From the NCBI RefSeq assembly GCF_028641065.1, contig NC_073380.1, positions 89,528,001-89,592,000 on the forward strand: DNA of 64,000 nucleotides, in the 5' to 3' direction. The notes beneath the pieces are model-generated. The model searched no databases. It saw only the letters and a program-made list of their open reading frames with translations, and was not told where the DNA came from. Numbering within the stretch: position 1 is the first letter of the stretch; every line of letters begins with the position of its first letter. Below are positions 50,801 to 61,939 of this stretch, piece by piece. The stretch is from Leucoraja erinacea. Its lineage: Eukaryota. A program made the position numbers and the translations under genes.

Positions 50801-52915
50801 TACCTGGGAATGTTGAGTGCATTCCATGGCTTTAAGTCATATTGTTCTGGGTTATATCACCAGCATGTTAGACTACAAATTGACAACACCACCGTGGTAG
50901 CATATATCAACCACATGGGTGGAAACAAATCGACATCATGTGACTATCTGGCCAACACCATTTGGCAATAGTGTATCCAGAGAGATATTTGGATATCAGC
51001 TACCTACTTACCAGGTAAACTGAATTAGTGGCAGACAACAGGTCACGCTAATTCTATGAAAACACTGAATGGATGTTGGATAAGAAATGTATTGCTGAAA
51101 TTACAGCATGGTATGGAACACCAGATATCGACCTATTCGCATCCATGCCCTCACCAGTTATCGAATTATGTTCATGGGAACCAGACCCTGGGGCAGTGGT
51201 ACAGATGCATTTTCACTGCATTGGGGGATTATTTATTTATGCATTCCCTCCTTCTGCCTCATCAGTCGGGTATTTAGGAATATACAGTAGACTCCACGTC
51301 TGGTATTTCGATAGTACCCGATTGGCCTACTCAACCATGGGTCCCGGTGATACACGACATGGTTTTAAAACCATGCATCACCATCCATCATAGACCTAAT
51401 TTATTGGTTCTTCCCGCAACAAGGGGTAGTTACCCATGTCATAATTATATAAACCTATTAATTTATAGAGTTGAAAGCACCTCTACTACACCTGGGACTG
51501 ACGGACCGAACAGTGGATATTATTTCAGCGGCCCACAGACAGTCCACCAAAAAACAGTACTTGGTGTCATCAAGAAATGGGAAGTACTGTCACAACAATA
51601 AACTTCACCCACAGATCTATGAACATCCCGTCTGTTCTGCAATTCCTGGCAAGCCTCCATTACGATGAGAGGCTCAGTCATAGTGCCATCAACTACGCCA
51701 GAAGTGCTCTGTCAACATACCTGTGGCAAGGAACAGAACGGCATTCTGTTGGGACACACCCTGGTAACCAAATTCATGAGGGGCATTTTAATGTTAATCC
51801 CCCAAGAACCAGGTACTCCCAAATATGGGATGTGAGCATTGTACTGACCATGTTAAGAAACTGGTCTCCAGCTACAGCTCTGTCCCTACAGAAACTGACT
51901 ATGAAAACAGTCATGCTGATGGCCTTGGTCACGGCACTAAGGGTCCAGTCACTACAGAAACTAAGGCTGGACAACATGATTATTTCATCTGGAAATTTAA
52001 CTTTTCACATCAATGAAATAGTCAAACAGAACAGCCAGGGGTCAGCAGGCCTAAAAACAGAATTCAGGGCCTACCGGACAGATGGTCGTCTCTGTATTGT
52101 AACACACTTACTATTATATATGGAGGTTACTAAGATCATCAGAGGGAAAGAAATGTCACTTTAATCAGCTACAAACAGCCACTCAAAACAGTGACAGTCC
52201 AGACCATCTCTAGATGGCTAAAAAAGGTCCTAATAAAGGCTGGAGTAGACACTAGCATTTTTTAAATCTCACTCCACCAGGGCTGCAGCTACATCGGCAG
52301 CTATGAAGTTGGACGTTCCTATGGACCAAATCCTCAAGACAACAGGATGGTCAACGGAGGAAACTTTCCAACGACTTTATAACAAACCAGTCATTGAACC
52401 TGGAACATTTGCAGAAACAAATTTAAGTTCTGTAATATAATTTACCCCATAAATAGGGGCAATAATTGGTGTTAAGATATTTATCGTTGGGTTTCAATAT
52501 TGTATTGATGTCTAATGATGTTAACTATATTCTCCCCATAATCAAGGCAGATATGATGCATGGACTCGTTTCCACGGCATGAAATCACAGAGCTTTAAAA
52601 TCTTCACGTAGTCACTCACGTGACTCCGAAGTAAAATAGTAAGATTAAATGAGAACTTACCAGTTTGAAGTTTGATCGTTATTTTATGAGGAGTAACGTT
52701 GAGGGAATGCCCACCCTTGATCATATACTCAACTGGTATCTCTTCTCTAATCTTACTATGTTTAGTCATTACAGTTATCTGTGATTTCACACCGCTGCTT
52801 TGAAGAATGACATGCATGCGTCCTGACGGGGTTCTTCACGTATTCCCTCAACGTTACTCCTCATAAAATAACGATCAAACTTCAAACTGGTAAGTTCTCG
52901 TTTAATCTTACTATT
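47830..52915 (+). mobile_element. DIRS1-group tyrosine-recombinase retrotransposon (decayed ORFs, intact termini)
   Basis: Left ITR 47831-47892, ICR 52601-52708, right ITR plus extension 52807-52913. RNase H LHTDVSALGW and RLQIDNTTVVAYINHMGG, methyltransferase-like PDIDLFAS, recombinase WDVSIVL..LTMKTVMLMALVTALRVQSL..SHSTRAAATSAA..GWS. Confidence 0.92.
49394..50020. mobile_element. Insertion within the DIRS: TA|CAG-starting (Tc1/mariner-pogo-like) truncated element with tRNA-like segment and 270-bp palindrome
   Basis: Start ta|caggtgcacaaccttttatccg, tRNA-like segment 49496-49563, inverted repeat 49751-50020. Confidence 0.55.
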
Positions 52916-53091
52916 AATTGGGTAAAAGTGAGCAACAATAAATGCTTTGGAATGGATGTCAAACCATCAGAGGTATGTTTTAAGGAAGGTCTTAAAACTG
53001 GAGAGATGCATAATGTGATCACAGATCTTGGATACCATGTGGCTACAGGTTGCTCTCATTCTGTAAAGCTGGCCAGCACCTTAAATACCTG

Positions 53092-53309
53092 GTAGACGCA
53101 AAGTGCTGGAGTAACTCGGTGGGGCAGGCAGCATCTCTGGAGAGGAGGAATGGGTGACATTTCGGGTCGAGACCCTTCTTCAGACCCGAAACGTCTCGAC
53201 CCAAAACGTCACCCATTCCTTCTCTCCAGTGATGCTGCCTGTCCCGCTGAGTTACTCCGACATTTTGTGTCTACCTTCGATTTAAACCAGCATCTGCAAT
53301 TCTTTCCTA
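53092..53309. mobile_element. Foldback Penelope pLTR dimer with a 15-bp TSD
   Basis: caccttaaatacctg at 53077-53091 and 53310-53324. Two inverted pLTR arms join at the hammerhead-like core. Confidence 0.87.
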
Positions 53310-54150
53310 CACCTTAAATACCTGATTATTTGGCTTGTTAAGTTCATCTGGGCACGATGATAATTTTATAATTTAATTTATCTTCGGATGTTTTCGAATT
53401 TTGCATAATGTGGAAAAGCAGAAGCCCATTGATTCTCCACCTTTGGCAGATATTTTGTTTTAAGGTAGGCTGATTTGGTCCAGCCTTTTACTCCAATCCT
53501 TTGTGCTGCCTTTTCCACCCAGTTACCCTATTGCAGATCAGTAGTTTATGAAAATGAGCAATTTGTTCTCAAGAAATTTGTTTACATCTGCTTAATTAGT
53601 AAGAGTAATTTTGTTTAATCGGTGAGTAATTAGATTTAAGAAAAGTATGGAATATGCTGTGCATAAGTATTGCATGCACATATAGACACAGGTAATGAAT
53701 AATAATTTTCCATGGTGCAAAGCAGCTCAGTAGCTGCCATTCAATCTTCATTTCTTTGACAAGCTAGGCGCATGATTTTTACTCGGGTTTCTTCCACTTG
53801 TTGACAATGTTCCATTGCAAGTTTATTCAGATGATACCAGTAACTTGATAGTTGTTGGTTGGATCTTTGCCAGCATGATAGGAGGAGATGTCTGATCTAT
53901 CTAGTTAAGAATGGGTCATGTGGATAAATTCTTAGTTTCCACGCAATATAACCTGGATCTTTTTAATTGCTGAATTATGTAGCAAGGACTGATAAGGTTA
54001 GGGAACGGTAGAATTCCGACATTATCAATTTGTTTTTTATATCCTCATGTATAAAGTATGTTGAGTTTGGATAGTGAAGTGTTTTTTAAAGAGCTTCCAT
54101 CTTTCAATTTGCTCTAAACTTAGATTTTCCTCTAAACCTTAGTTTTTAAT

Positions 54151-54151
<1 letters not shown>

Positions 54152-54190
<39 letters not shown>
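54152..54190. repeat. (AAT)n microsatellite
   Basis: Direct reading. Confidence 0.95.
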
Positions 54191-54192
<2 letters not shown>

Positions 54193-54807
54193 TCAGGAAT
54201 ACAAATAACAACAAACTGCAGCAGATATGAGAAGGGGAAATAGTTAATATTTTGTCAGTGGGTAACAGATGTGACCTGTCCTGAGTAATTCCCAGATTTT
54301 GTTATTTTAGATTTCTGGCATTTGCAGATTTTTCGCCTTTGAAATTTTTTTCATTCAAATTTAATTTGGGTTACAATTCACAGACAGCACTTGCAAATAT
54401 TAGTACTTAAAATTCCAAATCTAAACTTGGATTATATCAGCCTGCAATCTCTTGATAGTTTAGTTAATTTTGAGAAGTGTCGACTGATGCAGATTAAACT
54501 GGAGGATGTCATTGGATAGAGTGTAACACTTTGTTTACATTTGCCATCAATGTTGAAAAATCTAAGGTTAAATTTAGCAGAATTAATAAGGAAGTAAAAT
54601 TCCGAGACTTCTGAAACTACACAATCATTCACCTGCGAGAACCTTGTTTCAAAATTGCTGAATATGGCTTCATAAAAAAGGAATTATTTCTAAACAATTC
54701 AGGAAATCGTTCTTAAATTGAAAGTCTTTTGAAAGAACTTTATTTTCTGGCCATCAAGGCAAAATGTGATCTAGTGTGGCATTGTGCCACACTTGTGGTA
54801 TTCAAGT

Positions 54808-55175
54808 GCGGCAGAGTGGCACAGAGGTAGAGTTGCTGCCTAACAGCCCCAGAGACCTGGGTTCGATCTTGACTTTGGGTGCTCCCTGTACCGTATGGGT
54901 TTCCTCAGGGTGCTCCCGTTTCCTTCCATGTTCCAAAGATGTGCCAGTTCATAAGGTGATTGGCTTCTGTGGGTTTACCCTTGTATGTAGGATAGAACTA
55001 ATGTACGAGTGATTGTTGCTCGTTAGGACGAAGGGCCTGTTTCTACGCTGTATCTCTAAACAAAACTGACCAGCAAATTCTAAAGATTGAACTAATGTAC
55101 GGTGATTTTTCATCAGCAAGGACTTTGTGGTCCAAAGGGTCTGTTTCTACACTGTATCTCTAAACTAAACTTAAA
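54808..55175 (+). mobile_element. V-SINE (HE1-like) with a duplicated CR1-derived tail
   Basis: gtggcacagaggtagagttgctgcct..gacctgggttcgatc (A/B boxes). The tail gggcctgtttctacgctgtatctctaaac occurs twice. Confidence 0.78.
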
Positions 55176-57187
55176 CAGGTGATTATTGCATGCAAATATT
55201 TCAGCAGTTGGAAGATTTGAGAATCATCCCATCCAAGATTTTTCAGATAACGACCAATGAGAAACATTTCGAACTACTTGTGCATGATGTTCAGTGGCTG
55301 ACCATTTACCATCGGGTTCTGGGATCCCATCAGCTGAAGCTCACCTGACCAATGAAACATGCATATTGTGATTAGAGCACAGGTTAGAGTTTGGGTATTA
55401 TGCATCACATTCTATCATTTACAAGCACGTCTTAGGAAGGTGACAGGATCTTTTACACTTGCTTAGATGAATGCAGCTCCAACAATACTAAAGCAATTTG
55501 ATATCAGTCAGGACAAAGCAGCCAGCTTGATTGGTATCCTATCTATTCTAAAAATTTACTCAACTTACAGTATGTCACCTACAAGTATCTCCTAAACGTG
55601 CAACTTCTGCCACCATAGAGACATAGGCAGAATGCAACACTACTGTTTTGCAGGCCTTCCCCCAATTCCCCCGCCCTACGGTTTGTAAATATGTAACCAT
55701 TCCTGCATCACTGAATTTCTTTATTTCCTTTACCAACATCGTGAGAATACCTTTACAAAAAGGGCTGCAGTTTAACAGGGTTGCATTTAATACTGTCTAG
55801 ATTCTGCAAACTTTAAAAAAAATATTACAATAACTTAAAAAATTTAATTGGCAGTGAAACAATGTTGTAGCCTCAAGAAATTGTACAGTTACACTTTCCT
55901 TTCCTTCTCCTTTCTCTTCAATTTCGCTTTTGCCTGTTCCATTTCCTAATTTTCAGATATATCGTGGTGGCACCTGGTGGCAAACCACGAGCACAACAAA
56001 CCCTCGGCCCTGGAGGGCGGCGTCTTGTTTTGGGAGGCGTTAGTCACGGGGTTTGTACCTGGGTTTGTATTTAAGGCCGGGCATCGCTCGTGACCTTCAA
56101 GGAGTAGGGAGCTGTAATGGAGAGAATAAACACGTCTCGTACACACAACTTGTGTCCGCTTAGTTTTTGGCTGGACTCCTGCTAGCCCCCACTACACTGG
56201 TGACCCCGACGCCCAGGAGTGTAATCCTGGAACGGAAATTTGGAGAAAAAAAAAAGCATTCCGCCGCTGCCGCCTACAAGGCCAACGTGGCCAAACTCAA
56301 TGCGGTCTCCCTGAAACTGCCTACATTTTGGACCTCGCTGCCCGGGGTTTGGTTTCCGTCAGGCCGAGTCCCAATTCTACATCCGCAGCGTAACGGCCAA
56401 CGAGACCCGTTATCACTATGTGGTAAGCGCTCTTGATCATGAGATGGCTGGTTGGGTCATACCGTACGTCGATAATCCGCCGGCGGTGGGTAAGTACACA
56501 GGCCTCAAGGAACTGCTGCTCCGGATCTACGGGCTGAGCCGAATGGAGCGCACGTGTTGGGTCCTCAACATGGGTGGTCTCGGCGACCGAAAGTCCACGG
56601 CCCTCATGAGCGAGATGCTCACGCTCATGGGCGACCACCAGCCCTGCCCGCTTTTTGAATTTACTTAGCTGCAGCAGTTGCCGTGCGACATCCACCGGCA
56701 GCTCTCGGGGGAGAGCTTTGAGGATCTGATCAGAATAGCGGCGCGCGCCGTCGAGCTGTGGTTGTCCGACTGGCAGCAAGTGGGTGCACTGGAATCCCTG
56801 GAATCTCCGGAGTCGCTGGACTGTGTCGATTCGGTACCCTGGAAGGCCCAGTGACCCAGGACCACGCCCACAAGAGCCACAGACCAGAAAAGTGGCACAG
56901 GAGTGGAGGATAGCTGAGCAGCACCCAGGAGATCCATGGAGAAGGATGTGGTGTTTTTACCACCTACGCTGGGGTTCAGTGGCCCACCAATGTCGCCAGC
57001 TATGTTCGTTTCTGGGAAACTACAGTGCCGGCCGCCGATTGTCTCTGCGGTGGCCGGCAGGATCCATCGCCTGTATGTCTGGGACCGGTGCTCGAGACTC
57101 AGGTGCTTGGTGGACACCGGGACGGCGGTCAGCATTTTGTCCCCATCTGGACTGGACATTGCTACTGGTAAGAGGCCCCCCCCCCCA

Positions 57188-58172
57188 CTATTTCTGCGGC
57201 TACTTCCTTAAGTACTCTGGGATGCAACTTATCTGGCCCTGGGGATTTATCGCCCTTTAATCCATCAATTTAACTAACACCACTTCCCGGCTAACCTGGA
57301 TTTCACTCAGTTCCTCCATCTCATTGAACCCCTGGTCCCATGCTATTTCAGGCAGATTATTTATGTCTTCCTTAGTGAAGACAGAACCAAAGTAGTTATT
57401 CAATTGGTCTGCCATGTCCTTGTTCCCCATGATCAATTCGCCTGTTTCTGACTGCAAGGGACCTACATTTGTTTTAACTAATCTTTTCCTTTTCACATAT
57501 CCATAAAAACTTTTGCAGTCAGTTTTTAATGTTCCCTGCCAGTTTTGTTTCATAATCTATTTTCCCTTTCATAATTAAGCCTTTTGTCCTCCTCTGCTGA
57601 ATTTCTCCCAGTCCTTTGATAGGCTGCTTTTTCTGGCTAACTTGTATGCTTCATCTTTTGTTTAGATACTATCCCTGATTTCCCTTGTTATCCACGGATG
57701 CACTACCTTCCGTGATTTATTCTTTTGCCAAACTGGGATGAACAATTGTTGTAGTTCATCCATGCTGTCTTTAAATGCCTTCCATTGCATATGCACCGAC
57801 AACCCTTTAAGAATCAATTGCCAGTCTATCTTGGCCAATTCATGTCTCATAACATCAAAATCACCTTTCTTTGAGTTCAGGATGCTTGTTTCTGAATTAA
57901 CAATGCATCCCAATGCACACTCCATCCTAATGAAGAACTCAACCATATTATGGTCACTCTTGCCCAAGGGGCCACGCACAACAAGACTGCTAACTAACCC
58001 ATCCTTATTACTCAATACGCAGTCTAGAATAGCTTGCTCTCTCATTTTATCCTCTACACGTTGGTTTAGAAAACTATCCCACATACATTCCAAGAAATCC
58101 TCTTCCTCAGCACCCCTGCCAATTTGATTCACCCAATCTATATGTAGATTGAAGTCACCCATTATAACTGAT
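57188..58172 (-). mobile_element. CR1 ORF2 internal fragment (end of endonuclease and linker) inside the Gypsy element
   Basis: IMGDFNLHIDW, REQAILDCVL, LGKSDHNMVEF, KSFYGYVKRKR, LNNYFGSVFTKED. Confidence 0.9.
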
Positions 58173-60235
58173 ACGGGAGCAAAGTGTAATGTCATCTCGT
58201 TATCTGAGTTTAAAAACATACGTAATGCTGAACATGTTGAAAAGGCCTTGGCCATGCAACGGTGGTGATATTCTACACCTGCTTGGAGAAACTGATTTAA
58301 ACTGCATCATAGACTCGCAGTCTCGTACCCTTAAGTTTTATATCGTCAAAGGGGATTCTGTAACTGCTTGGTATCAATACATGCCACGATCTAAGCCTAG
58401 TCTACTTTGGCAGTGCTGTCCATCAACTCTTTCTCGCTGGGGGCCCCACTCAGCAAATACTCTCTCTATATGTAGAACTGTTTAACGATGAGCTTGGTAA
58501 GCTGCCCGTCAAGTACAACATCGCCGTTGATCCCAACGTTACTCCTGTGGTTTGAGCACCACATCGTGTTCCACATACCACGCACGACAGAGTACACAAT
58601 GAGCTCAAGCAGATGGTCTCCCTGGGTTTCATTGCTGAAGTTACTGAATAATCTGACTGGGTGGTTGCAACAAAGAAAAACAAGGAAGAAATCCGTATCT
58701 GCATCAACCCTATGGACCTCAACACAACAATCAAATGCCCACACTACCCTATGCGAACGGTAGAGGAAGTTGCTGCTCAAATAGGCAACGCATCAGTGTT
58801 TTCCGTTCTGGATGCCAAAAGCTCATTTTGGCAGATTGCGCTGGTCCCAACCTTACTATGTTCGGCACCCCATTCGGTCGTAACAAATTCCTGAGAATGC
58901 CCTTTGGCATCAACTCTGCCAGTGATGTTTTCCAGTGCACCATGGAACAACTGTTTGCGGGGTATCCATGTGCCATCATTTTTGATTACATTCTCATTTA
59001 CGGGCATGACTTGGCTGAGCATGACGCCAATCTGAAGAGAGTGCTGGACCGTACCAAAGAGATTCAGCTCAACCTCAATCCCCTGAAGTGCAAGTTTCGG
59101 GTCCCTGAAATTTCCTACGTCGGACATGTTTTCACAAGTGATGGTCTCAGACCAGACCCATCAAAAATTGTTGCTATCAACGAAATGCCGGTTCCTACTG
59201 ACGTTAGGAGTCTACAAAGGTTCCTTGGAATGGTCAACTACCTGGGGAAATTTATTCCCAACCTCAGAGATGTATCTGTCCCCCTGCGGGAACTGACACA
59301 TAAAGACACTGCATGGTTCTGGTATCCACAGAACCAAAGAGCTTTTGATATCCTCAAGTTGCAGCTGGCCAGCGCACTCACCCTCGCCTACATCGCTTTG
59401 GAATTACCAGTAACACTCACATGTGATGCGTCCCAGTACGGACTTGGTGCTGATTGCCTGCAGACCACTAATGATGGCGACTGCAAGCCTGTTTCATATG
59501 CCTCTCGCACACTGACCGATGCTAAACAACGTTACGCCCAGATTGAAAAAGAATTACTCGCAGTGGTTTTCGCCTGCACTAAATTAAAATACTTTATTTT
59601 TGGGAAGTCTGTGACAATAAAAAGAGACCACCAGCCGCTGGTCACCATCTTGAATAAACACATTCACGCCGCTCCGGCTCGCCTGTAATGGATGATGATA
59701 CAGCTGCAGCGGTTTGATTTCAACATTGTCTATAAAAAAAGACAAGGACGTGTACACAGCTGACACGCTATCAAGGGCCCCACACAAAACCAGCGAACAA
59801 CAGTCCTCTGAACAGGACCAGTTCTAAGTAATGAAGGTATCGTATGTTCCTACTGGTTGCCTAAGCAGCCTGGCAAAGCACATGGCTGCTGACGAGACTT
59901 TACAATTGCTGTCAGCAGTCAACCAGTGTGGCTGGCCGGATAAACAACACAGCACCCCGCTCGCTATCTGCCCGTACTTCCTGGTTCATGATGAACTGGT
60001 GTTACAGAACAGGATAAAAGTCAAGGGTCACAAAGCAGTTATCCCAGCCTTTCTCCGGGACAAGTACTTAGATGCTGTCCACTGGGGCCACCCCGGTGTG
60101 GAGGCAACCTTACAAGGGCACAGAGCACATTTTACTGGTCTGGCATGACCAAATACATAAGTGACAAAACTGAAGTTTGCGCCATCTGCAAAAGCCTGAC
60201 ACCACACCAGCAGAAGCAGCCCTTACTGCCGCATC
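58173..60235 (+). pseudogene. Gypsy pol relic (RT, RNase H, integrase N-part), Mag-like
   Basis: IRICINPMDLN..HYPMRTVEEV, FSVLDAKSSFWQI, RMPFGINSASDVFQ, LQRFLGMVNYLGKFIPNL, LTCDASQYGLG, RYAQIEKELLAVVF, HWGHPGV..CAIC. The catalytic DD motif is mutated (IFDY). Confidence 0.85.
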
Positions 60236-61187
60236 CCAACGTCGCGTCCCATGTGCCGCTGCCGCTGATGGGCTGCCCATACGTCTTTCTTTGCTGTGAC
60301 TCCCACAGGTCGCCCTTGCAGCGCCCGTATGAAGGTCCCTTTCGTGTGCTGTGGCACGGGCCTACTATATTTGATTTGGACATGGGAGGCCGGCATTAAA
60401 CTGTGTCTGTGGCTCGTTTGAAGCCGGCCCACTTAGACCTGAGTGAGCCAGTCCATGTGGCTCAACCACCCCATTGCGGGCGTCCGCCGTCCCGGCTGCC
60501 GGAGATTCTTCCGAACCAAGCAAGTCCCCAGGGTGTGGGGTGGTATCTACGCGTTCTGGCCGCCTCGTTCGGCATCCCGTCCGGTTCAGTGCCTCTGGTT
60601 CTGGGGCGGTCATGTGACGGTACCTGGCGGCAAGCCATGGGCACAATGAACCCTCGGCTCTGGAGGGCGGCCTCTCGGTGTGGCTGCCCTCCAGAGCCCC
60701 TAGTCACGGGGCTTGAACCTGGGTTGGTATTTAAGGCCGGGCAACGCCCGTGACCTTCGAGTAGGGAACGGTATCGGAGAGAATAAACACATCGCGTATA
60801 CACAACTTGTGTCCGCTTAGTTTTTGGCTGGACTTCTGCGAGTCCACGCTACAATATAAAGATATTGCGAGAAGCTTTTGCATTCTCAAGAATACCATAT
60901 ATGCAAGTACTTTATATCCTACAAAAACACTTCATAGTTATCACTTCAATTGAAAAAGGTAGTTAAAGATTAATATAATATATCACCTTGGACATTAAAT
61001 TAAATTGGGTTAGAGGTGCTAAGAAATCCAGTGGCACGTGTTCTCTTATCAATATACTGCTATCATAAAACAAAAGATAAAGAACTAAATATAAACAAAA
61101 CATTGGTTTGACTTCTAGATATCAAAGGCCAAGACATTGTAGTAAACATATTTAACGGCTTTGGGAACATCTGGAGGCATATCAGCG

Positions 61188-61710
61188 CCTCTACTTCCTG
61201 AGAAGATTACGGAGAGTCGGTATGTTGAGGAGGACCCTCTCGAACTACTACAGGTGCACAGTAGAGAGCATGCTGACCGGTTGCATCATGGCTTGGTTCG
61301 GCAACTTGAGCGTCCAGGAGCGGAAAAGGCTGCAAAAAGTTGTAAACACTGCCCAGTCCATCATTGGCTCTGACCTCCCTGCCATTGAGGGGATCTATCG
61401 AAGTCGCTGCCTCAAAAAGGCTGCCCACACCATCCTGGCCACACACTCATCTCTCCACTGCCTTCAGGCAGAAGGTACAGGAGCCTGAAATCTGCAACAT
61501 CCAGGTTCAGGATCAGCTACTTCCCCACAGCCATCAGAACTCAACTTCAAACAAACTCTGAACTATAAAAGCCTATTGCACTTTATGTGTGTATGTATAT
61601 ATTCTATGGTATATGGACACACTGTTCTGTATTTATGCCTACAATATTCTGTTGTTCTGCAGCATGCAAGAATTTCATTGTCTGGGACACATGACAATAA
61701 AGTCTCTTGA
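61188..61710 (+). mobile_element. Rex1/Babar-type LINE 3' fragment (copy 1)
   Basis: QRLYFLRRLRRVGM..LSNYYRCTVESMLTGCIMAWFGN...RKRLQKVVNTAQSIIG, with an aataaa tail. Confidence 0.8.
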
Positions 61711-61939
61711 ACGCTCTTGAAATGAAGAGGCAAAAGAGGTTTAAAAATGTCAGAACAAATTATACCAGCAGGAATCAAACAACCAGGCGTTACAAACAAA
61801 TTCAGTTAGGATTTAAAGTCATGGTTTCAGAACCCATGACTCTCCGCACCAAGTCTCTCTGAAATGAACGCAAGAGGCATGACTCAAATACTTGTTACTT
61901 TCCTGGCCTCTGCAAAAGCTGTTTAATTACACCAGCAGA

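Larger units (their letters stand above)
55963..60853 (+). mobile_element. Ty3/Gypsy LTR element, CsRn1 clade, with composite interior
   Basis: LTRs 55963-56196 and 60613-60853, ATAT TSD, tRNA-Trp PBS tggtgaccccgacg 56198-56211, gag KLPTFW/LGDRKS plus CX2HX9CX3C, protease VDTG, and integrase C-terminal PLQRPYEGPFRVL. Confidence 0.88.
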
